Assembly: GCA_043826355.1 (NCBI GenBank)
Contig: JBDRQI010000002.1
Location: 41,223-105,222 of the forward strand
Direction: 5' to 3'
Source: Candidatus Omnitrophota bacterium
GTDB lineage: Bacteria > Ratteibacteria > UBA8468 > MWAK01
DNA length: 64,000 bases
The notes under the pieces are model-generated. The model saw only the letters and a program-made list of their open reading frames with translations, ran no database searches and was not told where the DNA came from. Every line of letters begins with the position of its first letter. Within the stretch, counting starts at the first letter, position 1. A program made the position numbers and the translations under genes. This document shows, one piece after another, positions 37,452-48,908 of this stretch.

Positions 37452-38837
37452 ATGGAAGGAAGGGAAAAATGCGGGGTTTTTGGAATATACGGACATCCGG
37501 AATCGGCCGACCTGACTTTTCTGGGTCTTTACGCACTCCAGCACCGGGGCCAGGAGAGCGCCGGAATTGTTGCTTCTGACGGCAAGGAGTTGAAGTCTCA
37601 TTTGGGCATGGGCCGGGTCTCCGAGGTCTTCTCCCCGGAAAAACTGAAAGGCTTGACCGGGCACCTGGCGATCGGCCACACCCGCTATTCCACTACCGGC
37701 GGTTCCAACATCAAAAACGCCCAGCCCTTTCTGGCCGACTATTACGACGGTTTGATTGCGGTCGGACATAACGGCAACTTCACCAACACCAAAGCCTTGA
37801 GGCGCCGGCTGGAAAAACAGGGCGCGCTCTTCCATTCCACCACTGACAGCGAACTGGTTACCCACCTCATCAGCCACAGCAAAACAAAGACCTTTCCCGA
37901 AAACTTGATTGAGGCGCTGTTCCAGATTGAAGGCGCCTACTGCCTGGTCTTTATTACCAGGGACAAAATAATCGCGGCGCGCGACCCGCATGGTTTCCGG
38001 CCCCTCTGCCTGGGAAAAATCAACGGCGGGTATGTAGTTGCTTCGGAAACCGCAGCCCTGGACATCTGTGAAGCCGAATACCTTCGGGAAGTGGAGCCGG
38101 GTGAAGTTGTGATTATCAGCGAAAAAGGCCTGGAGTCGCTCCAGCCGTTTTCAAGCCGGAAACACGCTCTCTGCATCTTTGAGTACATCTATTTTGCCCG
38201 GCCGGACAGCCGTATTTTCGGTCACAGCGTTTATCTGACCCGCAAGCGGCTGGGTGAACAACTGGCGCAGGAATCGCCGGCAAGCGGCGACTTTGTCATG
38301 CCGGTTCCGGACTCCGGCAACTATGCGGCGCTGGGTTTCAGCCAGAAAACAGGCCGGCCGTTTGAAATGGGTTTTATCCGCAATCATTACGTCGGCCGGA
38401 CCTTCATTCAGCCGGCGCAGAGGGTAAGAGACCTGAGCGTCAAAATTAAACTGAACCCGGTCCGGGAACTGATTTCCGGTAAAAAAGTAATTCTGGTTGA
38501 GGATTCAATCGTCCGCGGCACAACCAGCCGCAGCCGGGTGCGGACCCTGCGTAATTTCGGCGCCAAAGAAATTCACATGCGGGTCAGCTGCCCGCCGCAC
38601 CGGCACCCTTGTTTTTACGGAATTGACTTTCCCACACCGGAAGAACTGCTGGCGAACCGGTACGATTTGAAGGAGATGACCAAATACCTCAACCTGGACA
38701 GCCTCAGTTATTTAAGCCACGAAGGGATGCTGGCCGCAATGCCTCTGCCGGCGGAAGAGTTCTGCACCGCCTGTTTCAGCGGAAGATACCCGTTTGAGCC
38801 GGAAGAAGGCCTGTCTAAAGAAGTTCTGGAGAAGTAG
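37452..38837 (+). CDS. purF: Amidophosphoribosyltransferase
   Basis: MEGREK-CGVFG (Ntn Cys), LQHRGQESAG, GHTRYST, VEDSIVRGTT and CFYGID. Confidence 0.97.
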   Translation: MEGREKCGVFGIYGHPESADLTFLGLYALQHRGQESAGIVASDGKELKSHLGMGRVSEVFSPEKLKGLTGHLAIGHTRYSTTGGSNIKNAQPFLADYYDGLIAVGHNGNFTNTKALRRRLEKQGALFHSTTDSELVTHLISHSKTKTFPENLIEALFQIEGAYCLVFITRDKIIAARDPHGFRPLCLGKINGGYVVASETAALDICEAEYLREVEPGEVVIISEKGLESLQPFSSRKHALCIFEYIYFARPDSRIFGHSVYLTRKRLGEQLAQESPASGDFVMPVPDSGNYAALGFSQKTGRPFEMGFIRNHYVGRTFIQPAQRVRDLSVKIKLNPVRELISGKKVILVEDSIVRGTTSRSRVRTLRNFGAKEIHMRVSCPPHRHPCFYGIDFPTPEELLANRYDLKEMTKYLNLDSLSYLSHEGMLAAMPLPAEEFCTACFSGRYPFEPEEGLSKEVLEK

Positions 38838-38868
38838 GGGCGTCAAAAAGGCAAGTAAGAAACGGTTA

Positions 38869-39879
38869 TTATAAGAATTTTCTAATTTTTGGCCAGGCCA
38901 GTTTGGCGTAGAAGCGGTGACCTTCCTTTCCAACCAAAAGATGCAGTTGCCGGTCGGCCTTAAATGCCTGATAAATCTTTTTGGTCTGCCGGAAAGCTTT
39001 TTTAACACCGGCAACCGGAAAGATGGGGTCGGTCTCGCCGGCCAGAATTATCAACGGCCTGGGTGCAATTAAACCGGCTAAATCACCCATATCAGCTACT
39101 TTCAATATCCCGGGAAGGTAATTATCGGTGCAGTGGTAGATTTGCATCAGGCTGTCGCGGTAACTGCAGTAATAGCAGGATGGGACCGCCACCTTGATGC
39201 GTTCGTCAACACAGGCGGTAAAAAAGGTTACCGTTCCTCCTCCGGAATTTCCCGTGCAGGCAATCCGGCGGCCGTCAATCTCCTTTCTTGTTTTTAAATA
39301 ATCAATACCCCTGATGACGTCCCAAACCCTTTCTCCGACAAGCGTCTTACCCAATAGCAGGGAATGCATGGCGGCGTCCTGACAACCGTGGGGCGCCTTC
39401 TCTTTCTGTTTTGTTTCCCGCCGCTCTCCGAAACATCGTTGTTCTATGACCAGAGCGGCGTAATTATTTTCTATCGCCTGGATAGCCAGGTCCCTGTCTC
39501 CGGCAATCAGTTCCTCTTCTTCTTTGTTGCTTGCCTGGCCTATGGAAATATGCATTCCGGGCGAATGGCCCTGCAGACAGATTATGACCGGGAAGGGCGG
39601 ACTGATTTTAGCGGGAATCAAAAGATAAGCAGGCACATCGGCAAACGGTTCACTTTGGAAAACAATCTTTTCCCGGATACAACCGGGAAGAATTTTCTTT
39701 TCAACGGTTTCAGCTTTCAAGGGCGTCCGGACCGGGAAACCGCCCAACATTTCTTCCAGTCGAAGCCGCAGTTTTTTCTGCCAAACGTAAGGGTCTTCGC
39801 CGGTCCGGAAAGATGCTTCCGGTTTAATCGTCTTAAGGTAATTAAAATGGTACTCGCTGGGCGCAAAATGTTTCTTCAT
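38869..39879 (-). CDS. Alpha/beta hydrolase (acetylxylan-esterase-like)
   Basis: GNSGGG nucleophile, GERVWDV, DPIFP and GH. Confidence 0.85.
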   Translation of the reverse strand: MKKHFAPSEYHFNYLKTIKPEASFRTGEDPYVWQKKLRLRLEEMLGGFPVRTPLKAETVEKKILPGCIREKIVFQSEPFADVPAYLLIPAKISPPFPVIICLQGHSPGMHISIGQASNKEEEELIAGDRDLAIQAIENNYAALVIEQRCFGERRETKQKEKAPHGCQDAAMHSLLLGKTLVGERVWDVIRGIDYLKTRKEIDGRRIACTGNSGGGTVTFFTACVDERIKVAVPSCYYCSYRDSLMQIYHCTDNYLPGILKVADMGDLAGLIAPRPLIILAGETDPIFPVAGVKKAFRQTKKIYQAFKADRQLHLLVGKEGHRFYAKLAWPKIRKFL

Positions 39880-39905
39880 TCTTTTTCTCCGTTTATTCCC
39901 AGGGT

Positions 39906-41456
<1,551 letters not shown>

Positions 41457-42102
41457 AATTTTCCAGCATCCTTAACCCCAGATCTCCGCTCTTCTCCGGG
41501 TGAAACTGGGCGGCGAAGATATTTCCTTTCTGGAGCGCCGCTGTAAAAGAAACCCCGTATTCGGTGCGGCCTGTCTCGGTTTCTCGGCTCTTTCCATAAT
41601 AAGAGTGGACAAAATAGAACTGCGAACCCTCCGGGATTCCGGAAAAAAGCGGGCTGGGTTGGGTGTAGGCAACGCTGTTCCAGCCGATTTGCGGGACCTT
41701 TACCGTATCCGGGAAACGTTGGTTTTTACCTTCAATAATTTTGAACCCGGCTTCCGCGCCTTCTTCGCTTCCGGTGAATAGAAGTTGGAAACCCAGGCAG
41801 ATGCCCAGGAAAGGCAGGTCCTTTTTCAGGTAATCAAGTACTATCTGAAAAAGTCCGGCAGATTTAAGATTGTTTACCGCGGCGTCAAAAGCGCCAACCC
41901 CGGGCAGGACAACACCCTGCGCGCCATTCAGCAATTCCGGTTCGGAACCCATCCTGACCCTGGCGCCGACTTTCTCCAGTGCTTTGCTGACACTGCGCAG
42001 GTTTCCCAGGCCGTAGTCCACTACCCAGATATATTTTTCCATTGTCGTTGCGAGCTCCCTCTTTACCACCCCCGCAGTGGAGGATAAGGCAAGGGGGTGT
42101 CA

Positions 42103-44157
42103 TTATCTATGCATCAGGATGGGCCAGATCAGTTCCGAAAAATTATTTTTGAGGGAAAGCGCCTTGTTTACCATATAATAATTTACGTCCATATTGGCGG
42201 ATTCATTCGGAGGCACTTTAGTATACTTACCCCAGAATTCCAATGTATGCAAGGGTGTTTTTCCGCTTTTGTCGTGCCAAATATATAGATTGTCCATTTC
42301 ATCCGGATTATAGGACATAACCACTCCTTCCCCGCTGCCTTCATCCACGCAAGCCCACCATCCCTGGTCAGGCTTATAAAAACAACCCGTATATTCTTTG
42401 GCGAGTTGAAGCCTGTTTAACCCGTTGCCGTTGGGATAATAGATAAAATCTTTTTCAGTTACATTGCCGCCTACCTGGAATTCTCCGTGTAATTTAATAA
42501 GGAATCTTTTTTCGTCGTTACCAATGTTAGTATATTTAACCTTAACATTTAATCTGGAACTGCCTTGATATATGCTCATTTCTCTTTCAATTTTCACGTT
42601 TCCTTTGGAAGCAGTAACCATTACACCTATTCTGTCATTATCCCGGATAATCTCATAATCGTATTTTTCTCCCCAAAAAGTACCGGGGTAATTAAATCCA
42701 CCATAGGAATCAACCATGTCTTTTAATCCACCACAATTTATCTGCGCAGATTTGGATAGAAGATTCTCCTTGTTTAGATACAATTGATTACGCCCGGTTA
42801 TTTTGTTAACAAATTCTATCATTCTGCCGTCTATATCCGGGGCAACGGTCACCTTAAGAAAATTATTCTCCAACTCCACCGTTTTCAAGCCGTTATTGTT
42901 ACTTTCTTTAACCGTGAGCATGGAATCATTGGGTATATCTATACGGTAAACATGCACCTGGTAAGGTTTGAACATATCTTGAAACTCTACGTTTCCCTTG
43001 AAAAAACCAGGCGCGATTTTAACCTTTCGTCCCTCGTATAATACTTCAGCCATCCCGCCTTTTTCAAAATCGCCTGCTTCAGATACAGCGAACTTCGCCG
43101 CGGTTGACCCGGTGCCGCTATTAACGGCAATCAGGTATAACTTATTTTGATACTCCTTCAGTATGGTGTAGACAGGGGAATATCCATTTTCACCTGCTTT
43201 GTTTTTAGAAATGATGCGCACCGACACCTTCTTTTCAGAAGTTTTTGAAAGTAAAACAGGCGAAAGGCTCTTAACTTCTGCAAGCAAATCTTTCATGTAC
43301 GCCCATAAAGCAGGCTCTCTTTTTTCTATTGGCACGAGATCTTTTCCCACAAGTTGGTTGTAAGAGAAAAAACCGAATCCGGTCGCTCCCCGGGTAATAG
43401 CCAGATAAACCATGCATTTTGCTTCTGTTGGAGTGGGCGCGCGGTTCTCATTCTCCATTAAGCCGGGAGTTTGACTATCATCCTTAAACATCTGCACGAT
43501 ACAAAAGACAGGTTTCTTGCTGTCCACTCCTTTTACGGCGGAATCCACGATTCTGGCCACATCGGTTATCGCATAGCCCGGAAGAGGATATGGGTCGCAA
43601 CTCATGATATCGGTTACTTTATAGTAGGTAAAAAAATCACCCATGCCCGTAAGATTCAACATTACCGGATGATTCGGATCCAATTTTTTTATAAGATCGT
43701 AAACTTTTTCCAGCACTTCCGGTGATACTTTGAACGCTCCGTTTATTTTGGCATTAGCTTCATCCTCGAGGTCCCAACATAGAAGCGCCGGGTGGTCTCT
43801 ATTTGCCAGGACAATTTTTTCTATCAGAGGAAGATTATCCGATATCCCGATAAGAGAAACAAAAGCCCTGAGCCCATTTTTATAACCAGTATCCAAATCT
43901 TCCCTGACACCCTCCGGGGAGCTTCCCCAGGCTTCAAAAACATTAAACCCCTGTTTGCTAACCGCCTGGTGTCCTTTATGATAATGTCCGCTCCAATGGG
44001 CGTTTAAAGGCAAAAAGGGAGCTCCATTTACTAATAGTTCGTTATTCTTTCCAATTTCCACTTTTTTAACATCCGGAAGGTTTGTTTCGACTGCCGACAG
44101 ATTAATATTCCACAAAGCAGCTATGAGTACAAAAATCGATAAACATTTCTTTCTCAT
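42103..44157 (-). CDS. Secreted glycoside-hydrolase-like TIM-barrel protein with C-terminal mutarotase-like domain
   Basis: Signal peptide, LVNGAPFLP, WDLEDEAN, DPYP, and a C-terminal LENNFLKVTV..DGR domain. Lower GC than its neighbours. Confidence 0.6.
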   Translation of the reverse strand: MRKKCLSIFVLIAALWNINLSAVETNLPDVKKVEIGKNNELLVNGAPFLPLNAHWSGHYHKGHQAVSKQGFNVFEAWGSSPEGVREDLDTGYKNGLRAFVSLIGISDNLPLIEKIVLANRDHPALLCWDLEDEANAKINGAFKVSPEVLEKVYDLIKKLDPNHPVMLNLTGMGDFFTYYKVTDIMSCDPYPLPGYAITDVARIVDSAVKGVDSKKPVFCIVQMFKDDSQTPGLMENENRAPTPTEAKCMVYLAITRGATGFGFFSYNQLVGKDLVPIEKREPALWAYMKDLLAEVKSLSPVLLSKTSEKKVSVRIISKNKAGENGYSPVYTILKEYQNKLYLIAVNSGTGSTAAKFAVSEAGDFEKGGMAEVLYEGRKVKIAPGFFKGNVEFQDMFKPYQVHVYRIDIPNDSMLTVKESNNNGLKTVELENNFLKVTVAPDIDGRMIEFVNKITGRNQLYLNKENLLSKSAQINCGGLKDMVDSYGGFNYPGTFWGEKYDYEIIRDNDRIGVMVTASKGNVKIEREMSIYQGSSRLNVKVKYTNIGNDEKRFLIKLHGEFQVGGNVTEKDFIYYPNGNGLNRLQLAKEYTGCFYKPDQGWWACVDEGSGEGVVMSYNPDEMDNLYIWHDKSGKTPLHTLEFWGKYTKVPPNESANMDVNYYMVNKALSLKNNFSELIWPILMHR

Positions 44158-44229
44158 TTTTTCTCCCGTATTGTCTTTGCTGTGTCTTGACTCAGCGTGA
44201 AATGGACAAGTTCGCTGGTCTGCTGGACT

Positions 44230-45453
44230 TCACGGCTTCATCGGAAAGTCGTACAGGTGCACCGCATACGGTGCAAAAGTGTCTTCAATCGTACTTTCTG
44301 TCACCGGTATGAGCCGGTTTTCAAACCGTACCGCGGCTTGCGGCGCTTTGGGATTTACCGGGAGCGTCAGGCGGGCCTTAACCAACGAATTGAAACCGTT
44401 CACCGCTATGAGGAAGTACCCGGTCTCCGTCTTCCGCAGTGAGACGTGCAGTGCCGGGTGGTTCCACGGTCCCGGTTCATCCGAGCCTTCGGTGATCTCC
44501 GTTTTGACGTTTCCCTGTACCGGGGGAGCCAGCAGATACGGCGCCAGAGCGGCAAGTTCCGTTGTCAGGTCCGCCCACTGCGCCCAGTACGCGGGGGCAG
44601 ACTCACTGGTTCGCCAGCCCAACCCCGGCGGATTATCCCAGATAGGTCGTTCGTTGAAGCTGTAGTAAGCCACTCCGGTGATGCCATGTGCCAGGGCCAT
44701 GTAGGTCATGCAACGTACTTCCGCCATCGTAGGATGCCGGTCCTTGTCGCCCAGTTCCGGCCGGACAGGCGCCATCTGCAATACCAGCCAAGGCACCTTG
44801 CCCGCGGCACCTTGAACGACAACATCGGCATAAGAGGCCACGGCCGGCAGGGCTGTTCCCGGTACCGGATAGATGTCATCGGACTGGATATCGGCGACAG
44901 CATTGTAAGCCTGGTGATCCGCCAGGTAACCATGGGCGAGGTTGATCCAAACAGGGTGAACAGGATCGAGCCGCTTGAGCAACTCATAAATGGGCTTTAG
45001 TTTGGCCGGAGGCAGTCTAAATGGCCGCTCGGCGTAGGGCATATCTTTCGGTTCCGGAAGGCGGATGTTGGGTTCATCTTCCAGCAGCCAAACCAGTAGT
45101 CCCGGGGCTTCGCGACAGGCTAACACAATCTTCTCGACTAGTTCCGGTTGTTCGCAATAAGCATTCAGCGCCAGGGCCGAGTACATGCCGTTCGCGAACG
45201 CATCGTCAACGTCTTTACGCATATCTTCAGGGGAGCCGCCGTAGGCCTGGACCAAATTGAAGCCCTGGGTTCCGCATTCGCGCAAGCCTTTGTGCCAGTG
45301 GCCGGCATGGTAGACACCAATGGGAAAGAAGGGTTTCCCGTTGACGATCAGCCTCCCGTCACGCGTTTCAACGGTTTTGACTGCCGGTAGCGCATTGCTC
45401 CGTGAGACAAACAAAGACAAACCTAAAAAAACCAAACACATAACCTTTACCAT
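44230..45453 (-). CDS. Secreted glycoside-hydrolase-like TIM-barrel protein (paralog of 42103-44157)
   Basis: Signal peptide after a GGAGG RBS. Motifs IVNGKPFFPIGVY, WLLEDEPN, DIYP and PTMAEVRCMTY. Confidence 0.62.
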   Translation of the reverse strand: MVKVMCLVFLGLSLFVSRSNALPAVKTVETRDGRLIVNGKPFFPIGVYHAGHWHKGLRECGTQGFNLVQAYGGSPEDMRKDVDDAFANGMYSALALNAYCEQPELVEKIVLACREAPGLLVWLLEDEPNIRLPEPKDMPYAERPFRLPPAKLKPIYELLKRLDPVHPVWINLAHGYLADHQAYNAVADIQSDDIYPVPGTALPAVASYADVVVQGAAGKVPWLVLQMAPVRPELGDKDRHPTMAEVRCMTYMALAHGITGVAYYSFNERPIWDNPPGLGWRTSESAPAYWAQWADLTTELAALAPYLLAPPVQGNVKTEITEGSDEPGPWNHPALHVSLRKTETGYFLIAVNGFNSLVKARLTLPVNPKAPQAAVRFENRLIPVTESTIEDTFAPYAVHLYDFPMKP

Positions 45454-45484
45454 GCTGTCCTCCAAGATACAACTCTTGTATTTT

Positions 45485-46213
45485 TTATTTTTGTAACTGT
45501 TCACCCAGGATGAGGGCTTCGGCCACCTGGCGCATTGATGTGCGGCGGTCCATACTCTCCTTCTGGATGAAGCGGAAAGCCTCCGCCTCGCCCAATCCTT
45601 TCTTGTGCATCAGAATTCCCTTTGCCCGTTCAATCATCTTGCGGCTTGCCAACTCCTCCTCGATGACCCGAGTTTTGACCATCAGTTGGGTATTTTCAAT
45701 CGTCACCGCGGCCTGGCTGGCCACCGTCTGGAGGATTTCAATCTCCTCTTCGCTGAATTTGTGAGGAGTCGAACTGTAGGTATTGAGCACGCCGATAACC
45801 TTGCCCCGCACCGCCAGCGGAACCGAGAGCATGGAAGCCAGGCCTTCTTTTTTAGCCAGGTCCTTGTGGATATATTCTTTTTCCGACTGGACGTCAAAGA
45901 TCACGATGGGCCGGTTTTCAACCGCCACTTTGCCGGCAACCCCCTCGCCCATTTTCAGGTTGGGCTTGCGGATATATTCCGGGTTGATGGACTGGGTTGC
46001 CTTAATCTCCAGTTCTTTTTTGTCGTTCAGGAGCATCAGCGAGCAGATTTTTGAGTTCATTACTCCGGCGGTGACGGTGACGATGAGCCGCAGGACGTCC
46101 TCCAGGTAGAGGTCGGAACTGATTGCGGCGCTGACCTTGCTCAGCGCGTTCAGGATTTCGCCGGTGGAGTGTTCTTGCGTTTTAGTTTTCTTTGATGCTT
46201 TTTTTTGGGTCAT
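45485..46213 (-). CDS. GAF-ANTAR RNA-binding antitermination regulator
   Basis: GAF domain (GEGVAG..SVPL..VIGVLN..F...E) followed by an ANTAR domain (LASRKMIERAKGILM..GEAEAFRFIQKESMDRRTSMRQVAEALI). Confidence 0.93.
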   Translation of the reverse strand: MTQKKASKKTKTQEHSTGEILNALSKVSAAISSDLYLEDVLRLIVTVTAGVMNSKICSLMLLNDKKELEIKATQSINPEYIRKPNLKMGEGVAGKVAVENRPIVIFDVQSEKEYIHKDLAKKEGLASMLSVPLAVRGKVIGVLNTYSSTPHKFSEEEIEILQTVASQAAVTIENTQLMVKTRVIEEELASRKMIERAKGILMHKKGLGEAEAFRFIQKESMDRRTSMRQVAEALILGEQLQK

Positions 46214-46850
46214 TTTTTCTCCCGATTTTCTTTTCCACGCGCATGAGTTCCCGGCGCAGGTTTTCCTGAATCAGGGCGCTGGTAAGGTCTCCCCGGCTTC
46301 GCTCAATGATACCGCGGTCGTTGTCAACCATACGGCGCAAACCGCGCAGGATTGCGTCCGGGTAGTCAAGCGAAAAGAGGAAATAGTAAAAACTGTCCAT
46401 TACGGAAAGGATGTGTTCCGCCTCGGCAAATTCCTGTTTGCGCAGGCGGTCCAGCAGGTGCCGCCGCATCTCGCCGATCGCCTCGGCCATTCCGTTGAGA
46501 TATTCCGGCGCCGCGATTGAAAGTTCCGCCGGCAGGGGAAGTCGCTTGTCGCCCAGGACCGCAAGGGTGATGGCGGCTTCCGCATACTCCTTTTCCGCCA
46601 TGGTCACAAAACCGGCAAAGCGCAGGTCGGGTTCCTTCGCCAGCAATTTCTGTATCTCTTTTATCGCTTTAGACGCTTTCTGCAGGTCCTTTTTCGCGTT
46701 CTGCCAGTGGTGCCGGTGCACTTCCTTGATGATTTCGGAAGCCATACGGACAACTTCGCGGCAAGCAGGCATGACCTTCTCCCGCATCCGGTCTTTGTGG
46801 TCCAACTTTGACTCAATCTCTTTTTCAACCAGTTTCAGCGTTTTTTCCAT
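46182..46850 (-). CDS. Translin/TRAX-family protein (prokaryotic C3PO-like RNase candidate)
   Basis: Motifs D..RE....REVVR, EYAEA, YLNGMAEAIGEMRR..LD, LDYP and LRR.VD..R..IE. Predicted all-helical, 222 aa. Confidence 0.82.
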   Translation of the reverse strand: MEKTLKLVEKEIESKLDHKDRMREKVMPACREVVRMASEIIKEVHRHHWQNAKKDLQKASKAIKEIQKLLAKEPDLRFAGFVTMAEKEYAEAAITLAVLGDKRLPLPAELSIAAPEYLNGMAEAIGEMRRHLLDRLRKQEFAEAEHILSVMDSFYYFLFSLDYPDAILRGLRRMVDNDRGIIERSRGDLTSALIQENLRRELMRVEKKIGRKNDPKKSIKEN

Positions 46851-47602
46851 TTTTCTCCCTGTGCATTTATCAGATGCGCCATAAAGCCGGCGCCGAAGCC
46901 ATTGTCAATATTTACCACCGCCACGTTGGGACTGCATGAGTTCAGCATCGTCAAAAGCGGGGTCAGACCTGCGAAAGAAGCGCCGTATCCGATGGAAGTA
47001 GGCACGCCGATGACCGGTCTTCCGGAGATACCGGCCACCACCGAAGGCAGGGCGCCTTCCATCCCGGCCACCGCCACGATGCAGGCTGCTTTTTGAATTG
47101 CCTCCACCGAATTTAGGAGCCGGTGCAGTCCGGCCACGCCGGCGTCATAAACGGTCTTCACCCGGCTGCCCATCACCTTGGCGGTAATCTCCGCTTCCCT
47201 GGCAACCGGAAGGTCCGCGGTGCCGGCGCTGACAACCATAATGTAGTTTTTGGAAGTTGGTTCGGATATCTTCCCGGTCAGAAGCCGCGCTTCCGGAAAA
47301 TAAGTGAGTCCGGGAATCTTTTTTCGCAGTAGCGCCGCCCGCTTGGCTTCCAGCCGGGTGACCAGAAACTTTTCCGGGTGGTCCCGGGCAATCTCTCTTA
47401 CGAGCTCAAACAACTGTTCGTCGGTCTTGCCCGGCGCGTAGATGACTTCCGGGAAGCCGCAGCGCAGAGCCCGGTGCGTATCCAGCCGGGCAAAACCCAG
47501 GTCGCGGTATGGCAGGGACTTCAGTTCCGTCAGCACCGTTTCCGCGCTTTTCCGCCCCGCCTTAAACTCCTGCAGTAACTTCCGTAAATGTTTTTCGTCC
47601 AT
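46835..47602 (-). CDS. larB: Nickel-pincer cofactor biosynthesis protein LarB (PurE-like)
   Basis: Motifs LDTHRALRCGFPEVIY..GKT, AGTADLPVA, DAGVAGLHRL, PTSIGYG, LNSC and VNIDNGFGA. Confidence 0.93.
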   Translation of the reverse strand: MDEKHLRKLLQEFKAGRKSAETVLTELKSLPYRDLGFARLDTHRALRCGFPEVIYAPGKTDEQLFELVREIARDHPEKFLVTRLEAKRAALLRKKIPGLTYFPEARLLTGKISEPTSKNYIMVVSAGTADLPVAREAEITAKVMGSRVKTVYDAGVAGLHRLLNSVEAIQKAACIVAVAGMEGALPSVVAGISGRPVIGVPTSIGYGASFAGLTPLLTMLNSCSPNVAVVNIDNGFGAGFMAHLINAQGEKWKKR

Positions 47603-47637
47603 AAGTCTTGATAACCCTCCCCTGTCGGGATAAATAT

Positions 47638-48057
47638 TTACAGTGGAAAAGTCATATAGTACGTCTTCTTTGGAATCAGGGATACGACTTCCGACACGGT
47701 CGTCAGCCCGGTGCTTTGGCGATCATGCACGTCAACCTCAATCCGAATCGCGGACGGTAACGTGCCCGGGAAACAGTCTCGCAGTTCGATGCCGGGGAAT
47801 GCCCCTGGAACAATCCGGCTGGACCCGATCGTGATGTATTGACCGATTAGTCCGGGATGAGGTGCCTTTGGTCTCTGAAACAACAACCACGGGGCCGATG
47901 GTGTGGCGTGATGCAGAATGCGGTACTCGACGACTTCCAGATCGGAGTCGCTGCGGCTTTGAACAATAAACGCGAGGCGCCAACGGGGCCGGACAGGGTA
48001 ATCCGCAACGTACACGGCGCGCGGCTCGACCATCGTTTCGACTACCGGACGACTCAT
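47638..48057 (-). pseudogene. Hypothetical ORF, possibly the N-terminal remnant of an M23-peptidase-like gene
   Basis: Strong AGGAGG RBS. Ends abruptly at KTYYMTFPL*, resembling the linker that precedes M23 domains. Confidence 0.4.
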
Positions 48058-48132
48058 CAGCTCACCTCCTAGTTCCCGTATTCAAGGTAACTATCACGAT
48101 AGACCCAACCAACCGAATACTTCTTCGGTCAC

Positions 48133-48906
48133 TTATTTTTTCTTTAATTTTGATGCAATATTATATGTCTTTTTTGAACTTTCATGCAGGTGGACAACGT
48201 CCAGGCCAAGTGCAATGAAATTATAACCCAAGGCAATGGTTGCCCTGATATTCTCTTCGTTAGGTCTGATGACGTGTAAGCCAAATGATTTTCCGGATTT
48301 AAAACTCAGTTGCCGGAAAGTTTCAAGGTATTTCAACATATCCGGGTGCTCCAACTGGCCGGGGATTCCCATGGACCCGCTTAAATCCAGAGGACCGAGA
48401 AAGACGCCGTCAACACCGTCAATATTGAGCATGCCTTCAAGATTGTCGATTGCATCTTTATGCTCAATTTGCATAATCATTGCAATTTCATCGTTGGCGG
48501 TTTTGATATAATTGTCAAAGTCTATACCGTGAGTATTGGCGCGGCTGTAGCCAAAACCCCTTATTCCGCGCGGCGGATATTTTGCTTGGCAAACTGCGTT
48601 CTCAGCCTCCTTCGCATTTTTAACCATGGGGATAATAAGACCTTGCGCTCCTGCATCAAGGATGCGGTGTATCCAGACCGGATCGTTCTGGGGTAGGCGA
48701 GCTATGGGTATGGTATTATATTTTTCTATCGTACGGAAAATATTGGCCGCGGTCTCAATATCGATTGCCCCATGTTCCATGTCTACACATATCCAGTCAA
48801 AACCGTGACGGCAGAAAATTTCAGCAATGGAGGGATGTCCAATCTGCATCCATGCTCCCAGAGTAAACTTTCTTTCAACGAGTGATTTGCGAAAAAGATT
48901 CTGCAT
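48133..48906 (-). CDS. HpcH/HpaI family aldolase
   Basis: Motifs DWICVDMEHG, LDAGAQG, YPPRGIRG, QIE and FLGPLDLS. Confidence 0.92.
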   Translation of the reverse strand: MQNLFRKSLVERKFTLGAWMQIGHPSIAEIFCRHGFDWICVDMEHGAIDIETAANIFRTIEKYNTIPIARLPQNDPVWIHRILDAGAQGLIIPMVKNAKEAENAVCQAKYPPRGIRGFGYSRANTHGIDFDNYIKTANDEIAMIMQIEHKDAIDNLEGMLNIDGVDGVFLGPLDLSGSMGIPGQLEHPDMLKYLETFRQLSFKSGKSFGLHVIRPNEENIRATIALGYNFIALGLDVVHLHESSKKTYNIASKLKKK

Positions 48907-48908
48907 AA

